Positions 31,301-41,206 are shown, numbered from the stretch's first letter. The stretch: 64,000 bases of DNA from an uncultured Acidobacteriota bacterium (GCA_963796275.1 CAWCKY010000006.1:1568001-1632000); one strand, 5' to 3'. Made by a program: numbers and translations. The notes: generated by a model from the sequence alone, not told the origin.

Positions 31301-34300
31301 AGAATACGAGTTCATCGACCTACGATTTCAACACGGGACTGGTGAAGACGGTGACCGACGCGAATGGGCGAACATCGCAGTACCAATACATTCCCGGAAC
31401 GACGCGGCCATTAAAGGAGATTGGGCCGACGGGGGCCTACACCTATCACGAGTACGATGATGCGGGGCTGAAGGTGATGGACTTCGCCTACAGGGCTGGG
31501 GAGAGCGAGGGGGATTTCTCTTCGCGCAGTGATAAATACCTGAATGGGCAGGGCGGAGTGCGGCTGGCGATCGCGTATGGGAAGGATGACGTGCAGGATC
31601 AGGTGGCGATCAAATATGACCAGATGAGGAGAGTGAAGCAGCAGAGCCGGCCGTACCGCAGTGGGGAGACGCCGCAATGGAGCACTGTAACCTATGATTA
31701 TCTGGATCGGCCGATGAAGACGACCTCGCCTGACTTGAGCGAAATGACGAGAGCGTACAACCAGGGGGAGGAGCCTGAGGGAGCATCAGGGGAAGCCGGG
31801 CAGACGGTGCGAGTGACGGATGCATGGGGGAGGGAGCGATGGGCGCTGAGTGATGCGCTGGGGAGGCTGGTGAAGGTGATCGAGCCGAAAGCGGATGGGG
31901 ACGGAAAGGTAAACACGGATGGGATGGTGACGACCTACAAGTACGATGACCTGGATCGCTTGATAGAGGTGAGGCAGGGAGAGCAGATACGGAGATTCAG
32001 GCACAACTCGTTTGGACAGATAACGCACCAGAAATTGGCGGAACAGGCTGGGACGCTCAATGACGCGGGTGAGTATGTCGAGACGGGCCAGTGGAGCAGT
32101 GTCTTCAAATACGACCCGCGCACGAGCCTGATGATTGAGAGCGTGGATGCGCGGGGGGTGAAGACCAAATTCGACTACGACGACGATGTGTTCGACCGGC
32201 TGCAGAAGATGAGCTATGACAAGAGCGGAGTGCTGGGGAGTCTGGTGGGGACGATACCGGATGCGGCGAGCGTGGAATATTTTTATATGACGACGGGAGA
32301 CGTGACGCGAGTGCGGAGTATGGTCGTAGGATCAGGGATGGGGAACGAGACGATGAGCTACGACAGCGAGGGAAGGTTGAGCGAGGTGAGGCGGACCTTC
32401 GCCGGGCGAGGAAGCTATCCGCTGGTGATGAACTATGAGTGGAACACGCTGGGACAGCTGACGGCGATGACCTATCCGGCGCAGTACGGAGCGGGAGATA
32501 TGCGCAAGAAGGTGGAATACACCTATGACAAGGCGAGCCGGATGGAGAGTCTGAAGTTCGGAGGAGTGACCTTCGCCTCCGAGCCCGTCTACAACGCAGC
32601 GGACCAGATGGCGTCGTTGAAGATGGGGAGCCAGATCGTGGAGAACTATGGCTATGACGTGAAGACGGGACTGCTGACGACGCAGGATGTGGTGCGCGGC
32701 GGGACGGATAAATTGGTGGATTTGAAGTACAACTACACGCTGACCAATGCTGCTAATAACAACGGGGCGAAGACGGGGCAGCTGACTGGGATCGAGGATC
32801 TGAAGAACCCGGCGCGCAACCGGATACATGTATATGACAACCTGGGAAGATTGAAGAGTGTCAGTGGAGGAACAAATGCGTTCACGAGCCCGGACTGGAG
32901 TCAGAGTTACGCTTATGACCGGTTTGGGAACAAATTGGGAGTGACGAAGAGTGGGAATGCGCCGCAGATACCGCTGGACGGAATGGGGAGTGTGAGCGTC
33001 AACCCGGAGACCAACCGGATCACGAGCGCTGGTTTCGCGTATGACGATGGGGGAAATCAGACGAAGGTAGTGATCGATGGGAGCGGGACGCAGCAGCAGA
33101 GTCAGTATGATGCGGCGGGGAGACTGGTGAAGGTGCTGGACGGGAGCGGGACGACGGTGGTGGCGAGCTACAGCTACGGAGCGGGGAACCAGCGGCTGAT
33201 GAGCGTCGAGGGAGGAGTGACGAGATATTACGGATGGGGAGAAGGGGGAATAATCTGTGAGTACGAGGCTGCAGGTGCGAGCGGGTTGCAGTGGAAGACG
33301 AGCTACGTCTATCTGGGCGGGCAACTGATGGCGACGACGAGCGGGAGCGACGGGAGTGAGACGCGATTTCATCACCCTGATCGATTGAGCGGGACGAGGC
33401 TGGTGACCGATGCGGCGAATGGAGAGGTGGTGGCGGAGCAGTTGAGCTTGCCATACGGGACGATGCAACCGTACGGGGCGTATGGGGGAGACAACTCGTA
33501 TCGGCACGCAACCAAGAGCAATCCGTCGAGGAAGCGGTTCACGAGCTATGATCTGGACGATGCGACTGGAATGCATTATGCGGTGAATCGGTATTACAGC
33601 AGCCGGCAGGGGCGATTCACGCAGGTCGATCCGATAGGGATGGGATCGGTGGAGTTGGCGAATCCGCAGAGTTTGAATCTGTATGCGTATGTGGAGGGCG
33701 ATCCGGTAAACAGTCGAGATCCGTTGGGGCTTGATGGTCTGTCCTTTTCTTTCGGAGGACCCTATCCGACAGGTGGAGGAGGTGGTGGCTGGTGGAACAG
33801 CTTGTTATCATTTGGGCCGTTTACCTTCAGTTTCGGGTTTGGCAGTGGATTTGGGGGTCCATTCATTCCATGGTTCCCGCTTCCCATGAACAGGATGCTG
33901 TTGCTGCAGCAACAACTCGGGATACAGCCAACATACATGGCGAAGCCACAGGAGCCAAAACCACTACTGCCGCTGCTACAGGAGCCACCTACGGCTCAAT
34001 CCATAGTAACGAAGTCTGGGTCTGGTGGTCAGGAAGGTACAAGTAATGGTCGTAGACGTCCAAGCTGGGAAGAGCTAGATAGACTATTAAATCCTACTGA
34101 TGAGGATTACAAGAGAATTTGGCTTGAAAGGTTTCCTAGCCATGATGGAATGGTGCCTGACCCGACCCAGCCACCGATAAGCCAATGGATTTATGGGCGT
34201 AGGATGGTGCACTATTCTCAAATAGCCACTGAAGATTACAAATACGGATTTATCCGTTTTGAGCCAAGTGTACCAGGTGGTGGCGTCGGTATAGGAATGG

Positions 34301-34464
34301 CTAAAAAGGCAGATATCAAATGGATAAAATGGGTTGTCAAGAAGATCGGGTTAAGCAAAGATCAAAAGCGGATTCTTCACGATACAATCACAGGTGAAAA
34401 TCTCACGAAGGAAGAGATTAAACAGATTGCTGAAGAAATTAAAAAGAATTTTCCCAACAAGTGA
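28390..34464 (+). CDS. rhs: RHS/YD-repeat polymorphic toxin, copy 2 (basic helical C-terminal tip)
   Basis: Paralog of RHS1 up to nt 33999; same DPVNSRDPLGL core end; unrelated AT-rich tip ending KKIGLSKDQKRILHDTITGENLTKEEIKQIAEEIKKNFPNK. Confidence 0.93.
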   Translation: MSRLLEKSSLFLAHFIHRALSACGTLRAAFRQTRCCLSSLLRALLFRREAERGRFAVSTIHRFVCAVMVMVMPAQMVVASPQISHSVAETVSLRTINGWQQVDHWWASSGWEERTERFVRENLPFLRTATPQRKGWDGRGAPAGERMPEPRPQESQAERHARVVRVEVIPDEVTVRPDQPVEFIVIGYDSNNAPVSSLSFELSGEDEKTGEQVNVAGKGKFAASREGEYRVKVNALGHQAEARVSVKAAPQALSDRPVVPYTYSSREVAPAPRSTSSVQPKSGRTGRQRGKIAGGWASRYAASGTKLMAAIAQSGDQYGWNDGNAGTADNPGSRRGTPAGEPPDGGAGNSNYQFTAPVLAVEGRGLDLDLGMYYNSRVWHKAGFVVTHDIDRDWPAPGWEFGFSKIVGMGEQSGYMIMEANGTRRPYTCTITPQQPIGFADCKTTDGSFIDYHVEANFPGGKPISARMVLSNGTVITMDSANPYGSGPNAVYPQNIQDSHGNRINIAYVPHSFPYGGEPKLRYVIDTMGKVIQFYYDANNLPVAVTAPGLDGTRRTVVRITYEWKNKSSLGSFANLVPLVRGNTFPVVKGIYYPESQTGWWFGDTDSYSAYGMIAKVVNQRGMGFSGAALPADSLQPADMGTITPGVMTHQLVYDYPMVSSGLRDEPRYQTMTETWAHMDEAPAVTRYLVQEDATPRRTEMTRPDGVKMVMLSHNAPGDFKDGRVYQNETYSPQGALLSRSYIEWEEGNCSQPGQAPGQYEYCAPRVSRIETTDELGRKTGKEFSYGSLFNQVEEARLYGYGYKFDGAKTLLRKTKTEYMNDGKYIDYQQRAYGSHIYNLVAASEVYAGDGTTRLSRVEYSYDENTGTEGLKNAPGITTDGYNDFFNPHTNPTSESTWSRGDVTAVKRYAKAATLEAGSAISETMNYDVTGNVVKVVPQCCGQTTINYTANTQYAWPESVTSGSASEETKQNTSSSTYDFNTGLVKTVTDANGRTSQYQYIPGTTRPLKEIGPTGAYTYHEYDDAGLKVMDFAYRAGESEGDFSSRSDKYLNGQGGVRLAIAYGKDDVQDQVAIKYDQMRRVKQQSRPYRSGETPQWSTVTYDYLDRPMKTTSPDLSEMTRAYNQGEEPEGASGEAGQTVRVTDAWGRERWALSDALGRLVKVIEPKADGDGKVNTDGMVTTYKYDDLDRLIEVRQGEQIRRFRHNSFGQITHQKLAEQAGTLNDAGEYVETGQWSSVFKYDPRTSLMIESVDARGVKTKFDYDDDVFDRLQKMSYDKSGVLGSLVGTIPDAASVEYFYMTTGDVTRVRSMVVGSGMGNETMSYDSEGRLSEVRRTFAGRGSYPLVMNYEWNTLGQLTAMTYPAQYGAGDMRKKVEYTYDKASRMESLKFGGVTFASEPVYNAADQMASLKMGSQIVENYGYDVKTGLLTTQDVVRGGTDKLVDLKYNYTLTNAANNNGAKTGQLTGIEDLKNPARNRIHVYDNLGRLKSVSGGTNAFTSPDWSQSYAYDRFGNKLGVTKSGNAPQIPLDGMGSVSVNPETNRITSAGFAYDDGGNQTKVVIDGSGTQQQSQYDAAGRLVKVLDGSGTTVVASYSYGAGNQRLMSVEGGVTRYYGWGEGGIICEYEAAGASGLQWKTSYVYLGGQLMATTSGSDGSETRFHHPDRLSGTRLVTDAANGEVVAEQLSLPYGTMQPYGAYGGDNSYRHATKSNPSRKRFTSYDLDDATGMHYAVNRYYSSRQGRFTQVDPIGMGSVELANPQSLNLYAYVEGDPVNSRDPLGLDGLSFSFGGPYPTGGGGGGWWNSLLSFGPFTFSFGFGSGFGGPFIPWFPLPMNRMLLLQQQLGIQPTYMAKPQEPKPLLPLLQEPPTAQSIVTKSGSGGQEGTSNGRRRPSWEELDRLLNPTDEDYKRIWLERFPSHDGMVPDPTQPPISQWIYGRRMVHYSQIATEDYKYGFIRFEPSVPGGGVGIGMAKKADIKWIKWVVKKIGLSKDQKRILHDTITGENLTKEEIKQIAEEIKKNFPNK

Positions 34465-34474
34465 TAGAGGAGAT

Positions 34475-34987
34475 ATGAAGATTCAAGTTGAGGATGCATT
34501 GAAAGTGATCATTGGCAAAATATTTTGGGGAGCAGGCCGTGCTGGTGAAATACAATGGTTCCAGTTTGGAAACAAACAAGTAATAGTAACAGAACGTGAA
34601 ACCATTAAAGAAGTGGGTGAGTATGCATTACACGTGCAATGTGCTTGGCGAATCACCTCTCCAAAGGGGATTTTCGTTGGATCCCAAGATAAATATCTTC
34701 CAGCGAATGACTCCAATGAGCAAGCTGATGATTTTGATTGGGATCAACCAGGCGTCAATCGTTGTGATGATAGAATATCCATGCTTTTCAATGGACGGGA
34801 ATCCCATACCCTGTTAGTTAAGAATGTATCGGCTGATTCTTATGGTGGATTCTGCCTAAACTTGAGTGACAATTTTTCTATTGAGGTTTTCCCGGACCTC
34901 TCTCTTGACGATGAGTGCTGGAGGCTGTTCCAACCTTACAAAAATGGCCCGCATTTTATTGTCACCGGGGAAGGAATTGAAATGTAG
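34475..34987 (+). CDS. Soluble acidic protein, candidate immunity protein for RHS2
   Basis: Starts 10 nt after the toxin stop with GAGGAG SD; low GC; GEYALHVQCAWRI...E.WRLF motif; no signal peptide. Confidence 0.7.
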   Translation: MKIQVEDALKVIIGKIFWGAGRAGEIQWFQFGNKQVIVTERETIKEVGEYALHVQCAWRITSPKGIFVGSQDKYLPANDSNEQADDFDWDQPGVNRCDDRISMLFNGRESHTLLVKNVSADSYGGFCLNLSDNFSIEVFPDLSLDDECWRLFQPYKNGPHFIVTGEGIEM

Positions 34988-35130
34988 CGAAGTTACTAGT
35001 TGTAACTGGAGCGAGTCAATGAGTTTGAATTATGCAGTAAACCGGTACTCACAACAAGAGAGGGCAGGTTCAAGCAGATCGATCCGAGTGAGATGGGATC
35101 TGGCGAACCTGCAGAGTTCGAATCTATACT
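34988..35130 (+). pseudogene. Decayed RHS core fragment (orphan-module relic)
   Basis: Reads LNYAVNRYS.., GRFKQIDP, LANLQSSNLY across frames; compare MHYAVNRYYSSRQGRFTQVDP...LANPQSLNLY in both rhs genes. Confidence 0.75.
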
Positions 35131-35158
35131 TCTTAGCAGTCAGGCAAAATTTGAGGTA

Positions 35159-35222
35159 TTTTCATTTTGCATTTGTCATTGACTTGTGCAGCGGGCAACT
35201 CAATGACAAATGTAAAATGAAA
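35159..35222. terminator. 22-bp inverted repeat between convergent rhs locus and lactate permease; probable terminator
   Basis: ttcattttgcatttgtcattga / tcaatgacaaatgtaaaatgaa, 21 of 22 complementary. Confidence 0.6.
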
Positions 35223-35319
35223 GATAATTACGCCATGAAACATCTCTGTCGGAGCCTAAATGGAGAACAATTCAGCAAACAGTGCTGAGCGGATTATTTG
35301 TCGTCTTTAGGTCAATTTA

Positions 35320-36984
35320 TCAAGGCACCATCCACGGAAAAACATAAGCCTGCGAAAGCACCAGCAATCCCACCAGAACGGCTAACGCCAGGCTGTGAAA
35401 GAAGACGTACCTGAGAATAGTCCCTTCGCTTCCATGCTGGTTGGTCGCCACGCTCGCCACGACGATCGACTGCGCGTCGATCATTTTTCCCATAACTCCG
35501 CCCGAGCTATTTGACGCCGCAGCGAGCACCGGCGAAATGCCGAGCTGCTCCGCCGTGATCTGCTGAAGATTGCCGAACAACACGTTCGATGACGTGTCGC
35601 TCCCCGTCAGCGCGACTCCGAGCCAGCCCAGTAGCGGAGAGAAGAAGGGAAAGAGTACTCCCGTGCTCGCGAACGCCAGACCCATCGTTGCGTCCAGCCC
35701 GCCGTATCGCGTGGTAAATCCTAACGCCAGCATTGCTGCAATTGTTATCAGGGAAATGCTCACCCGGCTGAGCGTTCGCATAAATATCTGTATCAATCTC
35801 ACCGGCGAAAGACGCAGTAATAATCCAGACACGATCCCGGTTAGAAGTAATGCAGTTCCTGTTGCTGAGAGCCAGTTGAAGACGAAGACCGCATCTTCCG
35901 CCTTCGGCTGCGCGACGACCGGCGGCGCACGGAATACCAACTTATGGAGATACGGCACCTGAAGCTCGATCAGAGAAATGCCGTTGAGCAGTGTTTTGAT
36001 CTGCGGCAATCCCCAGAGAAAAACGAGGATCGAGAGCACTATCCACGGCATCCATGCAGTGAATGCCTCTCGGCCGGGCACTTTGATCGGCGCTTCCTGC
36101 GCGTGGGAAGCGACTCCCGCGGCGCTGGCGGCTTTCTCGTATTGGTCATCATTAGCGAAGCGCCATATGTTACGCGGCTGCCAGAATCTGAGCAGGACTA
36201 TCAGCGATAGGATTGAGACGAAAGCGCCGGCGATGTCGACGACCCACGGACCGTGATAATTGCTGACGAGATACTGCACTATCCCGAAGCTCAGGCCCGA
36301 GGCCAGACAGGCGGGCCACACCTCGCGCATCCCTTTGAAGCCGGCCATCGCCCAAACCAACCAGAATGGGACGATGACCGAGAAGATGGGAAGCTGCCGC
36401 CCGACCATCGCGCTCAGTTGTTCGATCGGTAGATTGGTGACCCGGGCGAGCGCGATGATGGGCGTCCCGAGCGCGCCGAACGCCACTGGCGCGGTGTTAC
36501 CGATCAGGGCCAGCCCCGCGGCTTGCAGCGGTTTGAATCCCAGGCCGATCAGCATAGCCGCGGAGATCGCCACAGGTGTGCCGAAGCCCGCCGCTCCCTC
36601 GATAAACGCGCCGAAGCTGAAGGCGATCAACAATGCTTGTATACGGCGGTCGCTCGCCAAACCGGCTATCGTATGTTTGACGGTCTCGAATTTTCCGGTC
36701 TCGACCGTGATGTCATAGACGAAGATCGCAGCGAGAACTATCCAGCCGATGGGAAAGAGCCCGTAGGCTGCGCCGTTCGCCGCGGCCGCAAAGGCCAGCG
36801 ATGCCGGCATCCCATAGACGGTCATCGCAACAAGGAGCGAGATGCCCAGTCCGGCGATCGCCGCTAGGTGAGCCCTGACGTGAAAGAATGCGAGCAAACC
36901 TAGCAGGATAACAACGGGTAAGGAAGCGACCAGGGCAGATACAAGCAGGTTTCCGAGTGGGTTATATATTTGGGTCCAATTCAT
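35320..36984 (-). CDS. lctP: L-lactate permease (LctP/LldP family)
   Basis: [70 protein letters not shown]. Confidence 0.95.
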   Translation of the reverse strand: MNWTQIYNPLGNLLVSALVASLPVVILLGLLAFFHVRAHLAAIAGLGISLLVAMTVYGMPASLAFAAAANGAAYGLFPIGWIVLAAIFVYDITVETGKFETVKHTIAGLASDRRIQALLIAFSFGAFIEGAAGFGTPVAISAAMLIGLGFKPLQAAGLALIGNTAPVAFGALGTPIIALARVTNLPIEQLSAMVGRQLPIFSVIVPFWLVWAMAGFKGMREVWPACLASGLSFGIVQYLVSNYHGPWVVDIAGAFVSILSLIVLLRFWQPRNIWRFANDDQYEKAASAAGVASHAQEAPIKVPGREAFTAWMPWIVLSILVFLWGLPQIKTLLNGISLIELQVPYLHKLVFRAPPVVAQPKAEDAVFVFNWLSATGTALLLTGIVSGLLLRLSPVRLIQIFMRTLSRVSISLITIAAMLALGFTTRYGGLDATMGLAFASTGVLFPFFSPLLGWLGVALTGSDTSSNVLFGNLQQITAEQLGISPVLAAASNSSGGVMGKMIDAQSIVVASVATNQHGSEGTILRYVFFHSLALAVLVGLLVLSQAYVFPWMVP

Positions 36985-37017
36985 ATTTTGGGTGCCTCAG
37001 TTTAATGTTGTCAGTTC

Positions 37018-37098
37018 ACCACGGATTGACGCAGAGATGCGGCCGATTATCTCAGATTCGATCAACGATAATCCGCCGCACCCGCGTAAATCTGCGGT
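37018..37098. repeat. Imperfect intergenic inverted repeat
   Basis: accacggattgacgcag ... ccgcgtaaatctgcggt with inner gcggccgattatc/gataatccgccgc. Confidence 0.5.
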
Positions 37099-37172
37099 AC
37101 ATCGACAATCTAGTTATCAATGGCTGCAGGGTTACTACTTCCTTCTTATTTCGTTTTTCGTTTTTTTATTTA

Positions 37173-38708
37173 TTATTCTTCGATTTTCCACCACTCCCGT
37201 CCGTCGCGTTCCAGCAACTCATCCGCTTCTTTCGGTCCCCATGTGCCCGAAATATAGTTGGGAAATGCCCGTGGTGGGAGGGCCTTCCATACATCGATGA
37301 TCGGTTCAATCGCTCTCCATCCGGCTTCCACCATATCGGCGCGCTGGAAGAGTGTTGCGTCGCCAGTCATACAGTCGTAGAGCAATCGTTCGTACCCGGT
37401 GCTCGGCATACTGCCGAAATAGTCGACGTAGTCGAAGTCCATCTCGACCGCTCCGACGCGCATGATCGGTCCCGGAATTTTGGCGCCGAAGCGTAGCGAT
37501 ATCCCTTCATCGGGGTGTATGCGAATCACCAGCCGGTTCGTCCTCAGTCTTTCGACCGGCGTGTCACGGAAGAGCAGTAATGGAGCCTGTTTGAACTGAA
37601 TTGAAACCTCGGACACGCGCTTTCCCATCCTTTTACCGGTCCTCAGGTAGAAAGGCACGTCGGCCCATCGCCAATTGTCTACCATAACCTTGAGCGCGAC
37701 GAAAGTCTCGGTCGTTGAATTCGGCGCGACCTGCAATTCCGTACGGTAGGCCGGAACGCGTTCTTCTTTCATCATCCCTTCGCCATACTGCCCGCGCACC
37801 GAGCGCGATAGGACATCTTCCGGAGGGATGGGAGAGATCGCGTGCAGAACTTTCGCTTGTTCATCCCGGACTGCGTTGGCGTCGAAAGATATGGGCGGCT
37901 CCATCGCGGTAAGCGAAAGCAGTTGAAAGAGATGATTCGGAACCATATCGCGCAGGGCGCCCGATGATTCGTAATAGTTGCCACGTTTTTCAACCCCGAC
38001 GGTCTCGGACGCCGTGATCTGGATGTGATCGATATAGCGGCGGTTCCAGATCGGTTCGAAGATGGCATTGCCGAAGCGGAAGACCAAAATGTTCTGTACC
38101 GTCTCCTTGCCCAGATAATGATCGATGCGGTAAATCTGGCTTTCGCTGAGCACCTGGCTGATCTCGGAGTTGAGCGTGCGGGCGGATTCGAGGTCGTGCC
38201 CGAAAGGTTTTTCGAAGATCACGCGCCGCCAATTTCCATCTTCCTCGCGCGCCAGTCCCGCGGCGCCCAACTGTTTCACGATATTACCGAACAGGTCGGG
38301 CGCAGTAGCCAGATAGAAGAAGTAGTTCCCGTTCGTCCCATGCGTTTGATCGATCTGTACCAGATAATCCTTTAGTTTCTGGTAGCATTCGGGGTTTTTG
38401 ACGTCGCCTGATTTGTAATAAATGCGCTGTAAAAACCAATCCCACAGGCTCGGGTCGATATCGCTGGTGGCAAAGTTCTTCATTCCCTGAGTGATCTGCT
38501 CGCGGAATGTTTCATTCGACATTTCTGTACGGGAGATGCATACGACTGCAAAACCCTGGGAGAGCAGGTTGCCCTTCGCCAGGTTGTATAGGGCAGGGAA
38601 GAGCTTCCTCTTGGTGAGGTCTCCCGTCGCTCCGTATATAACCATCACGCATGGAGCGGTAGCCTTGCCTGTTTGTTGATTTTGTCCGTTAAATTCGTTC
38701 ATTCTCAC
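37173..38708 (-). CDS. zwf: Glucose-6-phosphate 1-dehydrogenase
   Basis: [54 protein letters not shown]...GDATLF. Confidence 0.97.
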   Translation of the reverse strand: MRMNEFNGQNQQTGKATAPCVMVIYGATGDLTKRKLFPALYNLAKGNLLSQGFAVVCISRTEMSNETFREQITQGMKNFATSDIDPSLWDWFLQRIYYKSGDVKNPECYQKLKDYLVQIDQTHGTNGNYFFYLATAPDLFGNIVKQLGAAGLAREEDGNWRRVIFEKPFGHDLESARTLNSEISQVLSESQIYRIDHYLGKETVQNILVFRFGNAIFEPIWNRRYIDHIQITASETVGVEKRGNYYESSGALRDMVPNHLFQLLSLTAMEPPISFDANAVRDEQAKVLHAISPIPPEDVLSRSVRGQYGEGMMKEERVPAYRTELQVAPNSTTETFVALKVMVDNWRWADVPFYLRTGKRMGKRVSEVSIQFKQAPLLLFRDTPVERLRTNRLVIRIHPDEGISLRFGAKIPGPIMRVGAVEMDFDYVDYFGSMPSTGYERLLYDCMTGDATLFQRADMVEAGWRAIEPIIDVWKALPPRAFPNYISGTWGPKEADELLERDGREWWKIEE

Positions 38709-38817
38709 TCTACAACCTTCTCCTTTGAAAAACGGTCGGCAGTTAGCAGTAGGAAGTAGGCGGTTCGAGAATAGTCGTCAGAGATTAAACGAACCGCCAA
38801 TGCCAAAGATTCTTCCG

Positions 38818-39308
38818 TTACTTCTGCCTTTTGACATTCGCCTTTTGTTTTTTGCCTTCCCAATCGATGCGTCTTTCGAGATTATTTATTTTCTCGAGCC
38901 TCCTTTGATGTCGCTCCTCTCCCGTGAATTCGGCCGACAGGAAAGTCCTGACGAGTTCGCGCGCCATCTCCGAGCCGATGACCCGCGCACCCAGGACGAG
39001 GATATTCATATCATCGTGTTCGACCCCCTGATGCGCCGAGTAGGTATCGTGCGTCAGGCCGGCGCGGATGCCGGGATCTTGTTGGCCGCGACCGATGCGC
39101 CAACCCCGCTGCCGCAGATTAACACGCCGCGCCGCGCTCGCCCATCGCGGACCGCCAACCCAACTGCCTCTGCGAAATCCGGATAGTCCACCGGCGCAAG
39201 ACTGTCGGTCCCCACGTCGACCACATCATGGCCGAGTTCCGCGAGATAACGCGCCAACGCCTGCTTCAATTCAAAGCCCGCATGATCGGAACCGATTGCT
39301 ATTTGCAT
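38818..39308 (-). CDS. rpiB: Ribose-5-phosphate isomerase B; split by apparent 1-nt deletion near 39074
   Basis: [29 protein letters not shown]; adding one C gives [34 protein letters not shown]...F...ERHQRR. Confidence 0.9.
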
Positions 39309-39320
39309 GACTTGACCCCG

Positions 39321-39824
39321 TTAGAAAGATTCTTCATCAGCCGATGGGCCGTAGATCGACGGCACCGGCACATCGTTGAGCCTCAAATATATCCCGAGCT
39401 GGGCGCGGTGGTGGATGATGTGATTCATGATGAAGCCGCGTAAGACGGCGATTCGAGCCATCGTGAAGATTGTTTGCCCGCCCGATAGAAGCGTCCAGGG
39501 CTTGAGTAGCAGCTCATCGCTCGCGCCGGCAATCGCCGCTCGCGCCGCCATCACGTTCTTATCGAACGTCTCCAGCGCCTCTTGCCGCGACCTGACCGGG
39601 ACGGCGCGAAAAGGCGGAGCGCCGGGCGGAGACAGGTCGAGGGCATCCTGTTCGATGGTGGGTTGAGCCCAGCTCGGTATAGTCGCAAGATGGGTTGCCA
39701 ATTCCCTCAATGCATAGGATTTCTCATGAGGTTTCCAATCGAGCCGATCATCCGGCACTCGCTCCAGCGTCTTCCTCGTATTCGCCATCTCATGGTCGAA
39801 TTCCGGTAATAGCGATTCGCTCAT
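39321..39824 (-). CDS. DinB/YfiT-like family protein
   Basis: E...TRK.LERVP...WKPHEKS..L.ELA.H...NH.IHHRAQLGIYLRL.DVPVPSIYGPSADE. Confidence 0.9.
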   Translation of the reverse strand: MSESLLPEFDHEMANTRKTLERVPDDRLDWKPHEKSYALRELATHLATIPSWAQPTIEQDALDLSPPGAPPFRAVPVRSRQEALETFDKNVMAARAAIAGASDELLLKPWTLLSGGQTIFTMARIAVLRGFIMNHIIHHRAQLGIYLRLNDVPVPSIYGPSADEESF

Positions 39825-39916
39825 CGACATACACTCCCTCCATTCTTTATCCGAGCAGCAGAAAGAATCACCATATCATTGAATGTCTTGTTTTTGATTC
39901 TGGGGAATCATCTCCA

Positions 39917-40984
39917 TCAGATAATTTTACCTTTGGTCGTTAGCCTGACCCGGAGCACCGCGTCATCGGCCGTGATGTAAAGGGTCGAGCCGTCATCGCC
40001 CCACGCGCAGTTGGAGGTATTCACTCCGGTGTCAAATGTTCCGAGATGTGTGCCATCCGGCGCGAAGACGAGAACTCCACCCGGACCGGTCGCAAAGAGA
40101 TTCCCCTCCATATCCACCTTCATCCCGTCGGGCAGACCCTTCTTCCCCTCTTTCACCCAATTGGTTGCATCGAAAAATATTTTGCCGTTTGCGATGTTCC
40201 CCTTTTGATCAATGTCATAGACCATCCAGATGGCCTTATCCGGGTCAGAGGATGCCACGTAGAGTTTCTTTTCATCGGGTGAGAATGCGATGCCGTTCGG
40301 CCGCTTGATCTCTTTGGTCAGAAGGGTCAGCTTGTTATTCTTTGTCAGACGGTAGACGCCGCAGTAATCGAGCTCGCACTGGGGATCATCCATTGACTGT
40401 TTCGGAAGACCGTACGGCGGGTCAGTGAAATAAAGGTCGCCGTTCGACCTGAAGACCAGATCGTTCGGGCTGTTCAGACGCTTACCCTCGAATTTGTCGG
40501 CCAGCGTCTCTTTAGTCTTGCCATCCGCCGCGAGCCGTGAAACGCGCCGGTCGCCGTGCTCGCAGGCGACGAGGTGACCCGCGGAGTCAAACGTCAATCC
40601 GTTGGTGCCGGGTTCCGGTCCATTAAACGGCTCTTTTCCCGTATAACCGCTCGGATTCATAAATTTCGTCGCGCCTTCGCCTTCCTTCCATTTGTAGATC
40701 GTATTGCTCGGAATCTCGGAGAATAGCAGGTAATTCTCTTTACTATTCCAGACCGGGCCTTCGACCCATTCGTAGCCGTCAGCCAGTCTCTCAAATTTCG
40801 GCTCCTGCGGCACCAGCTTGTCGAACCGCGGGTCCAGCTTCACAACCTTCACTTTGGGACTTGATTCTGGTTTCATATTTGTTGAACTCGTGTTGTTCTC
40901 CGTTCCATTCGACGAACATGATGCGATGACAACCGTTAGGGCAATCATCATTAAATATTGAGACAAATGTCTTTTATGGGTCAT
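39917..40984 (-). CDS. SMP-30/gluconolactonase family lipoprotein
   Basis: Lipobox IASC; EGPVW, G.NGLTFD, LNSPNDL, YFTDPPYG, RPNGIAFSPD, PDGMKVD..GN; AGGAG SD before ATG 40984. Confidence 0.92.
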   Translation of the reverse strand: MTHKRHLSQYLMMIALTVVIASCSSNGTENNTSSTNMKPESSPKVKVVKLDPRFDKLVPQEPKFERLADGYEWVEGPVWNSKENYLLFSEIPSNTIYKWKEGEGATKFMNPSGYTGKEPFNGPEPGTNGLTFDSAGHLVACEHGDRRVSRLAADGKTKETLADKFEGKRLNSPNDLVFRSNGDLYFTDPPYGLPKQSMDDPQCELDYCGVYRLTKNNKLTLLTKEIKRPNGIAFSPDEKKLYVASSDPDKAIWMVYDIDQKGNIANGKIFFDATNWVKEGKKGLPDGMKVDMEGNLFATGPGGVLVFAPDGTHLGTFDTGVNTSNCAWGDDGSTLYITADDAVLRVRLTTKGKII

Positions 40985-41206
40985 ATGTTCTCCTGTGAGT
41001 GTGATTTGTCGCAGTCTAGCGCAAGATGGGAACGGATGGAACAGAGATCGGAAGGCAGGAGGCCACCTCAAAATACATGAGACATTGAAAGGAAGGCAGT
41101 AGCGGAAAAAAATCTCGCAAGAGTTTCTTCTGCCGCCTTAATCCCTATGTTTTTTATCTCTTTTGTACTTTGTGTGAAATGTCTCTTTCTATGTGAATGT
41201 CTCTCT

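Noticed and set aside
32332-33576. 414-aa antisense ORF and similar ORFs inside the rhs genes
   Set aside because: His/Pro/Arg-rich shadow frames caused by the purine-biased codon usage of rhs.
13216-34464. Type VI secretion cluster (FHA + RHS)
   Set aside because: No hcp, vgrG, PAAR, tssB/C/M or eagR here, and the RHS N-termini look Sec-type. A T6SS elsewhere in the genome cannot be excluded.
14443-35222. Integrative element or prophage carrying the rhs island
   Set aside because: No integrase, transposase, tRNA target or flanking att direct repeats were seen.
38818-39308. rpiB as two genes or a programmed frameshift
   Set aside because: One added C restores a canonical RpiB; no slippery heptamer is present, so an assembly error is more parsimonious.
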